Of a stretch of 64,000 nucleotides of DNA, positions 29,266 through 38,761 are shown one piece after another. The notes beneath the pieces were generated by a model that saw nothing but the letters and a program-made list of their open reading frames with translations, was not told the origin of the DNA and searched no databases. The stretch is taken from the sequence record SRR31156797_636. One strand, written 5' to 3'. Every line of letters begins with the position of its first letter. Position 1 is the stretch's first letter. The position numbers and the translations under genes are program-made.

Positions 29266-30228
29266 ATGAGAAAACTCAAACACCTCTGGCAGATAGCTCT
29301 TCGATATTTCCGTCCGGGCTCCAGCCTGAGTTTCTGGTACCTGTCCGTGACCCTCGACCCACAATTCAACGCGAAAGGTCCGGGGCTTTACCCTGTCGAT
29401 TTTCGACACAAAACAGAATATCAGGGGCTCGACGACAACGGCATACCGGTCATGGATTACGGAGCGGATATCGGTCGTCAATATAATGCCTGTGCCATAT
29501 CCCAGTATGCTCTAGGCCTACACGCACGCTATCTCGACAACCCGAACTCCGAGGCAAAAGCCCTGTTCCTCAAACAGGCGGACTGGCTCAAAGAGAACCA
29601 AACGGAATCTCCTGCGGGAATACAGGGAACGTGGCCACTCCCATTTGACATGGTCGGATACAGGGTGAAGGGGCCATGGATCAGTTCACTCATTCAGGCC
29701 CAGGCAATATCCACTCTGCTCAGAGCACAGGCGATCACTGGCGACCCAAGCTACCGGGATGCTGCGACCCTCGCCTTTGAATCAATCAGAACACCCATGG
29801 AGCAAGGCGGCGTCACCCGCTTCATCCATAACCATGTCGTATTTGAGGAAGCTCCATCCTCTCCGCCCTCCACGGTGTTCGACGGTTTTCTGTACAGCTT
29901 CTGGGGGGTGTACGAATACGCCCTTGCGACAGGATCCCCCGAGGCCGAATCGATGATCGACAGGGCACTGGCATGGCTGAAAGATCATATCGACGAATAC
30001 GACATCGGCTTCTGGTCCAGGGCCGATGTCTACAGAAAATCCCCCCCATGTCCTGCCAGCAGGCACTATCACCAGGTACACAGCTTCTTGCTCACGGCAA
30101 TCGGTTCGACCTTTGATGACAACCAACTCCTGAGTTATGCAGAAAAATGGGCGAAGCAGGACGCCAACCCCATCTACAGGAAATCCGCAATGGCGTATAA
30201 AATCGTCTACAAGCTTGTATTTTATTAG
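29266..30228 (+). CDS. D-glucuronyl C5-epimerase family protein (GLCE C-terminal-like)
   Basis: ISQYALG, FLKQADWL, WISSLIQAQAISTLLRA, GGV, FEEAPSSP.STVFDGFLYSFWGVYEY, YHQVH. Start placed at MRKLK. Confidence 0.8.
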   Translation: MRKLKHLWQIALRYFRPGSSLSFWYLSVTLDPQFNAKGPGLYPVDFRHKTEYQGLDDNGIPVMDYGADIGRQYNACAISQYALGLHARYLDNPNSEAKALFLKQADWLKENQTESPAGIQGTWPLPFDMVGYRVKGPWISSLIQAQAISTLLRAQAITGDPSYRDAATLAFESIRTPMEQGGVTRFIHNHVVFEEAPSSPPSTVFDGFLYSFWGVYEYALATGSPEAESMIDRALAWLKDHIDEYDIGFWSRADVYRKSPPCPASRHYHQVHSFLLTAIGSTFDDNQLLSYAEKWAKQDANPIYRKSAMAYKIVYKLVFY

Positions 30229-30303
30229 CTCCCTTGGTAAGTAAAGCCGCGCCGGTCAACACTAATCAGGCATGCTGCAAAAATCCGTGCCGACCACACA
30301 AGT

Positions 30304-31038
30304 ATGAAAAGAATTTTTATTGCCCTACAGGCCTATAATGAGGGGAGAAACATCTCCACAGTGCTCTCACAAATTGAGAGTTGCAACATCCCTGGATACT
30401 CAATCCATGCGATCGTCGTCGATGACGGCTCCTCGGATAACACTTCTGCTGTGGCCAACACCCATGACTGCACGGTGGTCAGGCACCCCATCAACCTCGG
30501 CCAGGGCTACGCCCTTCTGACCGGCTTTCTTATCGCCCTCATGTATGGGGAAGACGACGACCTCATCATTGAGATGGATGCCGACGGACAGCATGACCCC
30601 AAATCCATGGACAGGTTCATCAAGCGACTCGACGAAACCGGCGCCGACATCATTGTCGGTTCAAGGATTCTCGGCAGCAACTACGACAACGCCCCGTTTT
30701 TCCGCAAGACCATGCTGCCGTTTTATACGGACCTCATCAACGGCCTGACAGGCTACACCATGACCGATTCGATGTGCGGATACCGGGCTTTCAGGGCTGG
30801 TTCGCTCAGAAAAATCGCGCCGGTCCTGTCGGAAATGCTGGAACCGCAGTATATTGCTGCCGAAATGTTCATCCGTTTTTCAAAAGCCGGGTTAACAGTT
30901 GAGGAAGTTCCTATCGACATGGCGGACAGGATTCACGGCAAGTCGAGGAAAGGTTTTATCCGTTATGGCCTCGGAGTGCTCAAAGCCATCATGAAAACCC
31001 TGCTGGACAAAAACTACAGAATGTTGGGGGCGAAATGA
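30304..31038 (+). CDS. GT2 polyprenyl-phosphate glycosyltransferase (DPM1/GacI-like)
   Basis: AYNE, VVDDGSSDNT, HPINLGQG, MDADGQHDP, VGSR, TDSMCGYRAF, R.HGKS. Confidence 0.9.
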   Translation: MKRIFIALQAYNEGRNISTVLSQIESCNIPGYSIHAIVVDDGSSDNTSAVANTHDCTVVRHPINLGQGYALLTGFLIALMYGEDDDLIIEMDADGQHDPKSMDRFIKRLDETGADIIVGSRILGSNYDNAPFFRKTMLPFYTDLINGLTGYTMTDSMCGYRAFRAGSLRKIAPVLSEMLEPQYIAAEMFIRFSKAGLTVEEVPIDMADRIHGKSRKGFIRYGLGVLKAIMKTLLDKNYRMLGAK

Positions 31039-31433
31039 AATTAACACCACTGACCATCACGCTCTGCGTCATCGCCTGCTTCATTGTCTGGAGCACTGTC
31101 AACAAAATCATAAAGGACCGCATCAGCTTCGGCTTCGGTTCCATGTGGGCCATCTCCTGGCTGGCTATCGGCACCTTCACCATTTATCCGTCACTGCTCG
31201 ACAGTCTGGCCCAACTCGCGATGATGCGCCGGATATTCTTCGTAATTGTAGCCGCCCTATTTCTCGTTTTCGGCATCCTTTTTAAGATCATGAGCATACA
31301 GGACAAAAACAAAAGAATTTTGTGTCAGGCCATACAACAACAAGCCATACAAAACCACAGGATCGAACATCTGGAAAAGAGTACGGAACTATCGACAGAC
31401 ATCGCCCCCCGAAATAGCCCAGGGGCTCCATGA
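31035..31433 (+). CDS. DUF2304 family (GacJ-like) small membrane protein
   Basis: 132 aa, 3 TM, W..W, F.IYP.LLD.LA, C-terminal coiled tail; ATGA overlap with the GT2 gene. Confidence 0.7.
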   Translation: MKLTPLTITLCVIACFIVWSTVNKIIKDRISFGFGSMWAISWLAIGTFTIYPSLLDSLAQLAMMRRIFFVIVAALFLVFGILFKIMSIQDKNKRILCQAIQQQAIQNHRIEHLEKSTELSTDIAPRNSPGAP

Positions 31434-33433
31434 TTCAAAAGCACCGGCTGCTCTCCATTGCAGGAACACTACTTTTTGGCGCTTTTTTCGGGTATATCCT
31501 ATTTCAGTATCTCCACTCGGACCTGTTCAGCAGACTTGGTCTATCGTCACTCAAGCCAGTCTGTAGCAATCTTGCCAAGACAGGCTTTTTTGCTGCATCC
31601 GCGACAGCGGCAGGCAGTTTCATCCTTGCTAGCTGCCGGGTCGTCAACAGAGACGCCTTCATCCACCTAGCAATCTCGTTCATGGTTGGCCTCTGGTTTT
31701 TCGGCGTGGCGACCCTCCTCATGCTCTGCATGAACGTCCTTTCTCCGACACTGTCGCTGTCCCTTTTAGGAGGCGGACTCATCATCGGAGGCCCTAGCCT
31801 TTACCGTTCTCTGGTCGGAATATACGAAAGACTTGCAGCAACACAACTTTCATTTGAACAGGTATGCCTCCTTTTTGTTCTAGTGGTTAATGGACTGCTT
31901 AGCTTCGGCGTTTGCCTCGCGCCTTCAGTTGCGGGGGACGCGGTCAAATACCACCTCACAATTTCCAAGCACCTGGCAACCATCGGATCATTCAACATAG
32001 ATCACTTCTATTCGGATCTGGCGTATGTAAACCTGTCGGTCCTCATCCGAGCTCTCGCGGAACCGCTGGGACAGATCGGGGTACAACTGGTCAACGGACC
32101 AGCGGTTATTGTCATGGCGATTATCGGTTCATATGGATATGCAAGAACATTTGTGAACAGAAGCTGGGCACTGATCCTGGCCTGCCTCGTCTGGATCACT
32201 CCAGAGATCATTTTCGCGCTGTACAAAAGCGGCTACCATCCGACCTGGTATCTGGCCGAAGCCCTAGCCCTTGGCGCAGGAGCCACTTTTCTCCTTGGCT
32301 CCTGCGATGAAAAGGATAAAAACAAATCCCTGACGATCTGTGCCTTTGCCCTCGGTTTCGGATTCTGGTGTTACTACCCCATGGCCGTCACGGTTACCTT
32401 ACTGGGCGGCTGCATCCTGATCTCCTTACTCAAGAGTAGAACGGACAAAACCGTCAAAATAATCATACGTTTCATCGGGACAGCCTTCTTTGTGGCTCTC
32501 CCAGTATTTATCGGCAATGGCGTGACCTCTGGAAATCCGATTTTTCCGATACTCAATACATACTTCGGACTCGAAGCGCTCAACGTTCACATCGGCACAA
32601 CCCCACACACGGGCATTCTCGGAAGCATCACCGTGTTCTGGGACATGATCATGAAGACACTTCCAAACAGCGGCATCAAGCATCCGTCCATAGGCATCCT
32701 ACTGCTTCTACCCCTCACTCTCATCCCACAAGCCTGGTGCAGAAAAAGCGCAGCAGCCTTCGGATATACATGCATCGCTTACATTGTTTGGTATATACTC
32801 TTCAGCTCTTCACGGCATTTCGTCCCGGTGTCGATGAGCCTCTCTTTCACCGTCGTATTGTTGGGCAACAAGCTTAAAGATAAAGTACCTGCACGGATCA
32901 TCTACTGGCCCCTCATAGTCGCTTTTGGAATAATCCTCCTCAGCCAGGGAATGTACTATTTCTCCCGAGGAGAACGCCTTCGCTATATCGTGGGTTCCAC
33001 AAATCAAAGTGACTATTTGAAATGGGGACTAAAATCAGCAGGGGCCTTCCCCCAACAAAAAGTCACGGCCTGCGTCAACCAATTGCCTGACGATGCACGC
33101 ATTCTCGCTATCCACTTTCAGGCACCATATTATCTCAATCGCCCCATAATCACTGTCTACCAGAAGCTTGGAAGAGATATTCTTAGTGCTCAATCATCTG
33201 AAGCCTTTTTGCAACAGGCAAAAGCACACGGGATAACGCATCTGCTGATCAATCGTCCGCTTGTTGAAAGATTATTTTATGTGCCACCGAGCGGCAGTCT
33301 GGATGAAATAAAGAAAGTCGCCGCGACCTCACTTGTCGCAAGTCAGGAATTCCAAGACCGCTATCTGGAAAAGGTTTGTGGCGAACAAGGTACGGAAGGG
33401 GATCAACTATTCAAAATAGTAGGCACAAACTAA
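31430..33433 (+). CDS. Polytopic membrane protein, putative GT-C glycosyltransferase
   Basis: About 13+ TM; GDAVKYHL loop motif, GNPIFP, SRHFVP, C-terminal soluble domain (PYYL, GITHLLI). Confidence 0.65.
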   Translation: MIQKHRLLSIAGTLLFGAFFGYILFQYLHSDLFSRLGLSSLKPVCSNLAKTGFFAASATAAGSFILASCRVVNRDAFIHLAISFMVGLWFFGVATLLMLCMNVLSPTLSLSLLGGGLIIGGPSLYRSLVGIYERLAATQLSFEQVCLLFVLVVNGLLSFGVCLAPSVAGDAVKYHLTISKHLATIGSFNIDHFYSDLAYVNLSVLIRALAEPLGQIGVQLVNGPAVIVMAIIGSYGYARTFVNRSWALILACLVWITPEIIFALYKSGYHPTWYLAEALALGAGATFLLGSCDEKDKNKSLTICAFALGFGFWCYYPMAVTVTLLGGCILISLLKSRTDKTVKIIIRFIGTAFFVALPVFIGNGVTSGNPIFPILNTYFGLEALNVHIGTTPHTGILGSITVFWDMIMKTLPNSGIKHPSIGILLLLPLTLIPQAWCRKSAAAFGYTCIAYIVWYILFSSSRHFVPVSMSLSFTVVLLGNKLKDKVPARIIYWPLIVAFGIILLSQGMYYFSRGERLRYIVGSTNQSDYLKWGLKSAGAFPQQKVTACVNQLPDDARILAIHFQAPYYLNRPIITVYQKLGRDILSAQSSEAFLQQAKAHGITHLLINRPLVERLFYVPPSGSLDEIKKVAATSLVASQEFQDRYLEKVCGEQGTEGDQLFKIVGTN

Positions 33434-33451
33434 CCGACCAATGGGAAATGG

Positions 33452-34390
33452 TTACTTCAACGCTCCCCAATCGAGAATAGGGATAGCCGTTCGCACAACA
33501 TCATAACCATTTTCTTCAGCCCAACCAGCCCCGATCTTTCTTGCTTCCGGGTTCCCGGAACACAAAAGCAATCGGGCTTGATAGATGGAATCTATCTTTT
33601 CAGCCATAATGGGCAGGACTTCTTTATATCCCAGAGCCGTCAGCGCAAACCAGGCACTTTGACGAATTCGCTTTGTTTCGGAATCCATATTTCTGGTCAG
33701 CAGCTTGAATGTCTGGGGACGTAATTCACCACGCAAAATATCCCCATGGCTCCGTTCTGCTATATAAGCGTAGATCACCTCTTCTTCGGTCTCTGGCTGC
33801 CAGCCCAGGCTGTACAGCAAAATCACTGCCTGCTGTCCGGTCCACCATGAATACAGCTGGGTCTTGGCCAAAGGAATCATGGATTTGGGATCAAGCTTGG
33901 CAAGGGCTTTCAAAATAGCCACCTTGCTCGGACCAGGCAAAAAAAGATCACTCGTAAAGACCTCGACCAGGGAATCCGACTGTCCCGTTGCAATCAACGC
34001 ATCAACATCTTTCAGAGCAGCATGCATGCGGATAATATCCAACACCGATTTCGGAAGCCAGCTATTCTCCTTCAACCCCATAGCTGCAGCAACGCGCTTT
34101 TCATGCGTATCTGATTGCAGGGCGGCAACAAGAACATCCTTTCCATACGGCTCTTTGAGAAGACCAACGACACCAAGATATTCTTCCCGTCCCGTCACTT
34201 CAAACAATCCCGCGTAGTATGCAGACAATTTCCCCAAGTTCATCTTATCATGTGCAATGTGCTTGTAATAAAATTTCCGTAGCCTAGGCCGAAAACGCCA
34301 GCCGGCAGAATCCCCTCCATACTGCCAGACGGTGAGGCAAATAAACATAAACACAAGGAAACCTGTACACAGTTTTTTTCTGATATTCAT
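33452..34390 (-). CDS. Membrane-anchored hypothetical protein with HEAT/PBS-like helical repeats
   Basis: Single N-terminal TM; LVAALQSD..EKRVAAAMGL and LLTRNMDS..RIRQSAWFALTALG. Start placed at MNIRKK. Confidence 0.55.
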   Translation of the reverse strand: MNIRKKLCTGFLVFMFICLTVWQYGGDSAGWRFRPRLRKFYYKHIAHDKMNLGKLSAYYAGLFEVTGREEYLGVVGLLKEPYGKDVLVAALQSDTHEKRVAAAMGLKENSWLPKSVLDIIRMHAALKDVDALIATGQSDSLVEVFTSDLFLPGPSKVAILKALAKLDPKSMIPLAKTQLYSWWTGQQAVILLYSLGWQPETEEEVIYAYIAERSHGDILRGELRPQTFKLLTRNMDSETKRIRQSAWFALTALGYKEVLPIMAEKIDSIYQARLLLCSGNPEARKIGAGWAEENGYDVVRTAIPILDWGALK

Positions 34391-34403
34391 AAGCTGTGCC
34401 CCC

Positions 34404-36410
34404 TTACCGCTCCTCATCCCCGTACAAAAGATCTTTTCGATCTCCTCCGCTCGCTTCAAGAATTTTCTTGTAATTGTCGTATGCGGAGACATCTACGGAA
34501 TTGGTCAACTTCATTGCACCTGCTAACCCTTTTCCATGAATAGGCTTTGAAAAATCGGGCACAGAATCATAGCTGTCCACCTTATATACTATATATTTTT
34601 TATTCTGATCCGTTCTCTCTTGGAGAGTCAACACTCGGTTAAACCCCTTGTTCCTATCAAAATACGGCACCAACTCACCAAGCCATGGCGTCAACACAAC
34701 GTATCGAATATCATTTACCTTCAACAAGTCCAAAACCAAAGACTCATACATCACGAGAAGATGGAGCGGGCTAGAAGCAAATCGTCCCCTAGCTCCAAGA
34801 TATAGAGGTGATTCGTCCGGCTGGACTTGCCCCATGAAAACACTGGCTTCGCTCGTAAGTCTTGCCGACGGGAATTCAATAACGGGATTCCTTCCATTGA
34901 GCAAAAAGTACAAATTCCTCGCAGAAGCCATGAAGCCCACACATATAGCCTCCTTCGGAGCCGTGTGTTCCATGAGATAATCCCTGATAGTAGGAAGCGC
35001 CATGGGACGCGAGACAACTCCCGTGTCGCGGAGTGACTCCTCCGGTTTCCTTTTATCAACTTCGGTCTCGACGCTCTCAGCTTTTTGGGGAACAAGTTTA
35101 TAATAGCCCTTTGAAGTGCCATACCATTCGCTCCCATCATCCGGAGAATAAATGGTTATGCTCGACAACAGATTATCTGCGAGAAATAAAAGAGTCCCCT
35201 TGTCCCTCCCAAACCCACCGAAGAACTGGACCCCTATCAAAACCAAAATGAGGACCTTGAAAAAACGCTTTGAATCGCTCAACCAAACGAATCGACTCTT
35301 GATCTTCAATGCCTGGACGAGATCGTACATCATTACGCTCACCGGGATATAGCTGAGCGTGAATAGGACAATAAGCTGTGCGGCGCGCAAAGCATTGTTT
35401 CCTGTGTGCGACATATAGGGCAGCATAAGAACAAAAGCTATTGACCACCGTAAATACCCCTTACCAATGGTAAAACTACGACCCAAAAAATACAGCCAGG
35501 ACACGGCAAAAAGCGGGGCGAGCATGAAACCGTCAATAACGGAAGGCCCTGTGCCCCTACCGTAATAAAAAACGATTCCCTTCAGGAACCCACCAATTTT
35601 GGAAAAAACAATACTCAACAAAGTCTGTGAGTTTGTTTCCACGAACTGACGGGTTAGTACAGCCCCGTCACGGCTCAACAGTCCCTGCAACAAATTGCCC
35701 GACACTGACCAGGCCCAATAGCACCATGGCACCACACACACGAGTATTGCAATGGCGTAGATGACGCCGCCTACAAAAACTTCACGGTTCCTCGAATCCT
35801 TTTCAAAAAGCCACAGTAATCCCGGATACAGGAAAAAGACCAATGCAGACTGTTTAACCAAAAACGACGCCCCCATAATCAGTCCGGCGAGGGCAAAGAG
35901 TTTTTTGGACTTTTTCTCCACCGCAAAATCGATGAGCAATATGGAAAGCATCACAAAGAATGGCCAGGTCGAGTCCAGATTACGAATGGACATGACGATT
36001 ATCGAATACGACGACAGGCAAAGGAAAGCGGCTGCAGTGCCGATGGCTCGATTAAAAAACCGTCGACCGATCAAATAGACTAGGACTGGAGTCAATATGC
36101 AAAAGACGCGGATCACCCAATAGACGGCCTCATAAGAGACCTCCCCGAGCCAGAAGGCAACAGTGATCATGCCTGGGAAGAGAGGTGGACGAAGCAGTTG
36201 GGGGAGCCAGGATTTATCCACATAACCGTAGCCCAACAGCAAGTTCAGACCGGCATTGGTATACATGCTCAAATCGGTGGTTACCCTGTCAGGTGTTTCC
36301 TGAAAAACAATAAATGAAGCAATAAGTATCAAGGACCAAGTCGGAATCCGACTGAACAGGTGCCGCATCTTCCGGCCGGGAACAGTATTCATGCTATGAC
36401 TACCAACCAT
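34404..36410 (-). CDS. ArnT/PMT-like GT-C glycosyltransferase (GT39/GT83-like)
   Basis: TDLSMY, RPPLFP, VYLIGRRFF, LAGLIMGASFLVKQ, PWCYW, long C-terminal soluble domain. Confidence 0.8.
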   Translation of the reverse strand: MVGSHSMNTVPGRKMRHLFSRIPTWSLILIASFIVFQETPDRVTTDLSMYTNAGLNLLLGYGYVDKSWLPQLLRPPLFPGMITVAFWLGEVSYEAVYWVIRVFCILTPVLVYLIGRRFFNRAIGTAAAFLCLSSYSIIVMSIRNLDSTWPFFVMLSILLIDFAVEKKSKKLFALAGLIMGASFLVKQSALVFFLYPGLLWLFEKDSRNREVFVGGVIYAIAILVCVVPWCYWAWSVSGNLLQGLLSRDGAVLTRQFVETNSQTLLSIVFSKIGGFLKGIVFYYGRGTGPSVIDGFMLAPLFAVSWLYFLGRSFTIGKGYLRWSIAFVLMLPYMSHTGNNALRAAQLIVLFTLSYIPVSVMMYDLVQALKIKSRFVWLSDSKRFFKVLILVLIGVQFFGGFGRDKGTLLFLADNLLSSITIYSPDDGSEWYGTSKGYYKLVPQKAESVETEVDKRKPEESLRDTGVVSRPMALPTIRDYLMEHTAPKEAICVGFMASARNLYFLLNGRNPVIEFPSARLTSEASVFMGQVQPDESPLYLGARGRFASSPLHLLVMYESLVLDLLKVNDIRYVVLTPWLGELVPYFDRNKGFNRVLTLQERTDQNKKYIVYKVDSYDSVPDFSKPIHGKGLAGAMKLTNSVDVSAYDNYKKILEASGGDRKDLLYGDEER

Positions 36411-36418
36411 GACAGCTT

Positions 36419-37432
36419 CTATTCGGCTTCAGGCCAAAGTTTAAGGAACAGCCAACTGACGGCCAGGACAAGGCATAGACCCAGCACCCAATAAAAACTG
36501 AACGCCACGACAAAAAGAGCCGCTTCGGATGATTTCACCCCTGCAAGCAAGAGAATACCAAACCATGTCAGCTGCAAGGTTCCGGCCTCACCTGGAGTGA
36601 TGGACAACGCGAGAGGAATCTGGACCAAGGGGAACCCGATAAGAAAGACCCAATACGGAATATCGAGGTTGAGAGCAACGGCCGAAGCGTAAAAGAACAA
36701 AGGGTTGAGCAAGAAGCGACCGACAGTCAATCCCCCTAACAAAACAACCGTTCCCCGACCGGGTTCGACCGGACTTCGCTCTCCACCCTTAGCTTGATCC
36801 CGATACTTCTTGATCAGAGCACCGACCTTGGCGACCAACCACTGGTATCCCCCCCACAAGACGGCGTACAGATGCCGACCAAGAAAAGCGAAAACGACGA
36901 GCATTGTTATGCAGGCCAAACCAAAAAACAAGACGCCCTTTTCCGGCGTCAGCATACCTGCGTTGACTGCGAGAGCAGGCAGACAGAAAAACCCTATGCC
37001 CACTAGGTCCAACAATTTTTCTATAACAACCGAAGCAGCACCATCCTTGACCTCGACTCCCCGTCTACGGTTGAGAAGTATGGGCCGGAAAAGTAACAGC
37101 CCGACAGCCGGTGTCAGGGCTTGGCTCACCACCCTAGAATACGTAAAAATGTAGAACAACTCCTTGAAGGGCACTTTTTTCTTCAAGGCTGGATTCAGGA
37201 TAGCCCCCCACCGCAACGACATGTCCGCCTGAAGAGCAAAAATGACCACAAAAGCCAGCAAAAGAGGAAGAGGGCCGGGATCGAAAGCCTGCGCAAGCAT
37301 TTCAGGGTCACTTTTGTACACAACTGTCCCAAAAGACAGTATCATGAGCACCCATAGCCCTGCTTTCCCTATCCAAGAGTTCTTTTTTGATTTGAGAGGC
37401 TCGGAAGTAATGCTCTCAGGCTGGTCGGACAT
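36419..37432 (-). CDS. LPG-synthase TM / YbhN (UPF0104) flippase-like membrane protein
   Basis: SLRWGAIL, LTP..G, ASVVIEKLLDL, ITPGEAG; about 8 TM. Confidence 0.8.
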   Translation of the reverse strand: MSDQPESITSEPLKSKKNSWIGKAGLWVLMILSFGTVVYKSDPEMLAQAFDPGPLPLLLAFVVIFALQADMSLRWGAILNPALKKKVPFKELFYIFTYSRVVSQALTPAVGLLLFRPILLNRRRGVEVKDGAASVVIEKLLDLVGIGFFCLPALAVNAGMLTPEKGVLFFGLACITMLVVFAFLGRHLYAVLWGGYQWLVAKVGALIKKYRDQAKGGERSPVEPGRGTVVLLGGLTVGRFLLNPLFFYASAVALNLDIPYWVFLIGFPLVQIPLALSITPGEAGTLQLTWFGILLLAGVKSSEAALFVVAFSFYWVLGLCLVLAVSWLFLKLWPEAE

Positions 37433-37690
37433 ATGAGGGTACTCGCAGGATTAACAAGATTTAAAGGGGATTCACAGATAGTTGGATCATGCTTTTTCTA
37501 CCACAGACAGATCAAGTGGAAAAGCGACGCTAAAATACCACCAACTTCAAGGGATTGTCCACTCCGTCCTCTCACCACGGGACGTCCTCTAGCCAAGTGC
37601 TCACGCTTCTCAAAAGGACACGCACTTTTGTCAAACGTCTGCATTAAGAGGACTTCACCTAAATAACAAAAATCCGAGGCAGACATGGGA

Positions 37691-38725
37691 TTACCAACCG
37701 AGCCACGTCCTTAAAACCGTTTGCAAAAACTTAAAACCGTAAAGCAGGTCACGTCCCTTCTTGCTACTTCCATGAGTCCTGCTTTTCACAGCGATCGGGA
37801 CCTCGACAATGCGCCCTCCACTTTTGGCAACAGATATGATCATTTCAGCAGTGTGGTATTGAGGCTGCTTGAGATTAACCTGCTCCAACATTTCAAGCCG
37901 GATCGAACGAAAACCGCTCGAACAATCCGTAATACTAGTCCCTTGTAATATATTGATAATAATATTAAAAGAATAGATACCGATAGACCGCATCATAGAA
38001 ATTCGTTCATAACTACCAAGGTGCCTGGAGCCGATAACCAAATCGGCGTCACCCTCAAGTATGGGCGCAACCAACGCGGTAATATCCTGCGGATTGTGTT
38101 GATTGTCGCCATCCATGGTGACTACGAGCCTAGCGTCGTGCATAGCCGCAATCCTGAAGCCCGCCTTCAATGCAAGTCCACCTCCGTAATTGATGGGAAG
38201 TGTAGCCGTTGAGCACTGATACTCCTTGGCAACCTCGCGAGAACTATCGGTGCTACCATCATCAACGATCAAGGTATTCACGGGAATCCCATCGATATCT
38301 TTCGGTATCTGCCCAAGGAATTCGCGCAGATTATCTTCTTCGTCCAAGACCGGGATGACAACCCAGATGGCACCCGCCGGAACAGCTTCAGGGCTTTCAT
38401 AGGTCCCAACAGCTTCCTTGATGCCCATATTCAAAACGAGTTGCTCAAGAAAATTTGCCTTGTTGCGAACACCAAGGGCCAAGGGGAAGAGGATAGCCAC
38501 ACAACCGACCAGAAGCGTGATAAGACGCCCGCCTGGAAACGACTCCAACGAAAACATTTCGGCAGGCAAATTGACCAGAGTAGGAAACAGGGACAGAGCA
38601 ATCAATGCCGAGCCAACAAAAAGCAGCCAGGGATTAAAACGACGTTTGCCCGTCCGGAGCTCATTGAATTCATATAAGAAAATCAAGCCACCAATCAACA
38701 CGCCAAACAGCCGCAAAATCGTCAT
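37691..38725 (-). CDS. DUF2304-GT2 fusion, polyprenyl-phosphate glycosyltransferase
   Basis: N-terminal 3 TM DUF2304-like part (LSLFP.LVN), then VIPVLDE, VDDGSTD, MDGDNQHNP, IGSR, TDCSSGFR, HGSSKKG. Confidence 0.85.
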   Translation of the reverse strand: MTILRLFGVLIGGLIFLYEFNELRTGKRRFNPWLLFVGSALIALSLFPTLVNLPAEMFSLESFPGGRLITLLVGCVAILFPLALGVRNKANFLEQLVLNMGIKEAVGTYESPEAVPAGAIWVVIPVLDEEDNLREFLGQIPKDIDGIPVNTLIVDDGSTDSSREVAKEYQCSTATLPINYGGGLALKAGFRIAAMHDARLVVTMDGDNQHNPQDITALVAPILEGDADLVIGSRHLGSYERISMMRSIGIYSFNIIINILQGTSITDCSSGFRSIRLEMLEQVNLKQPQYHTAEMIISVAKSGGRIVEVPIAVKSRTHGSSKKGRDLLYGFKFLQTVLRTWLGW

Positions 38726-38761
38726 AGGCCCTCCATCCTTACTATCGTGCTTACCATCAAC

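Noticed and set aside
30275-30293. Sigma54-like GGCACGGATTTTTGC (minus strand), and TGGCAAAAGCATGTGC near 61035
   Set aside because: GG-to-GC spacing is 11 rather than the required 10, and both point away from the nearest downstream gene start.
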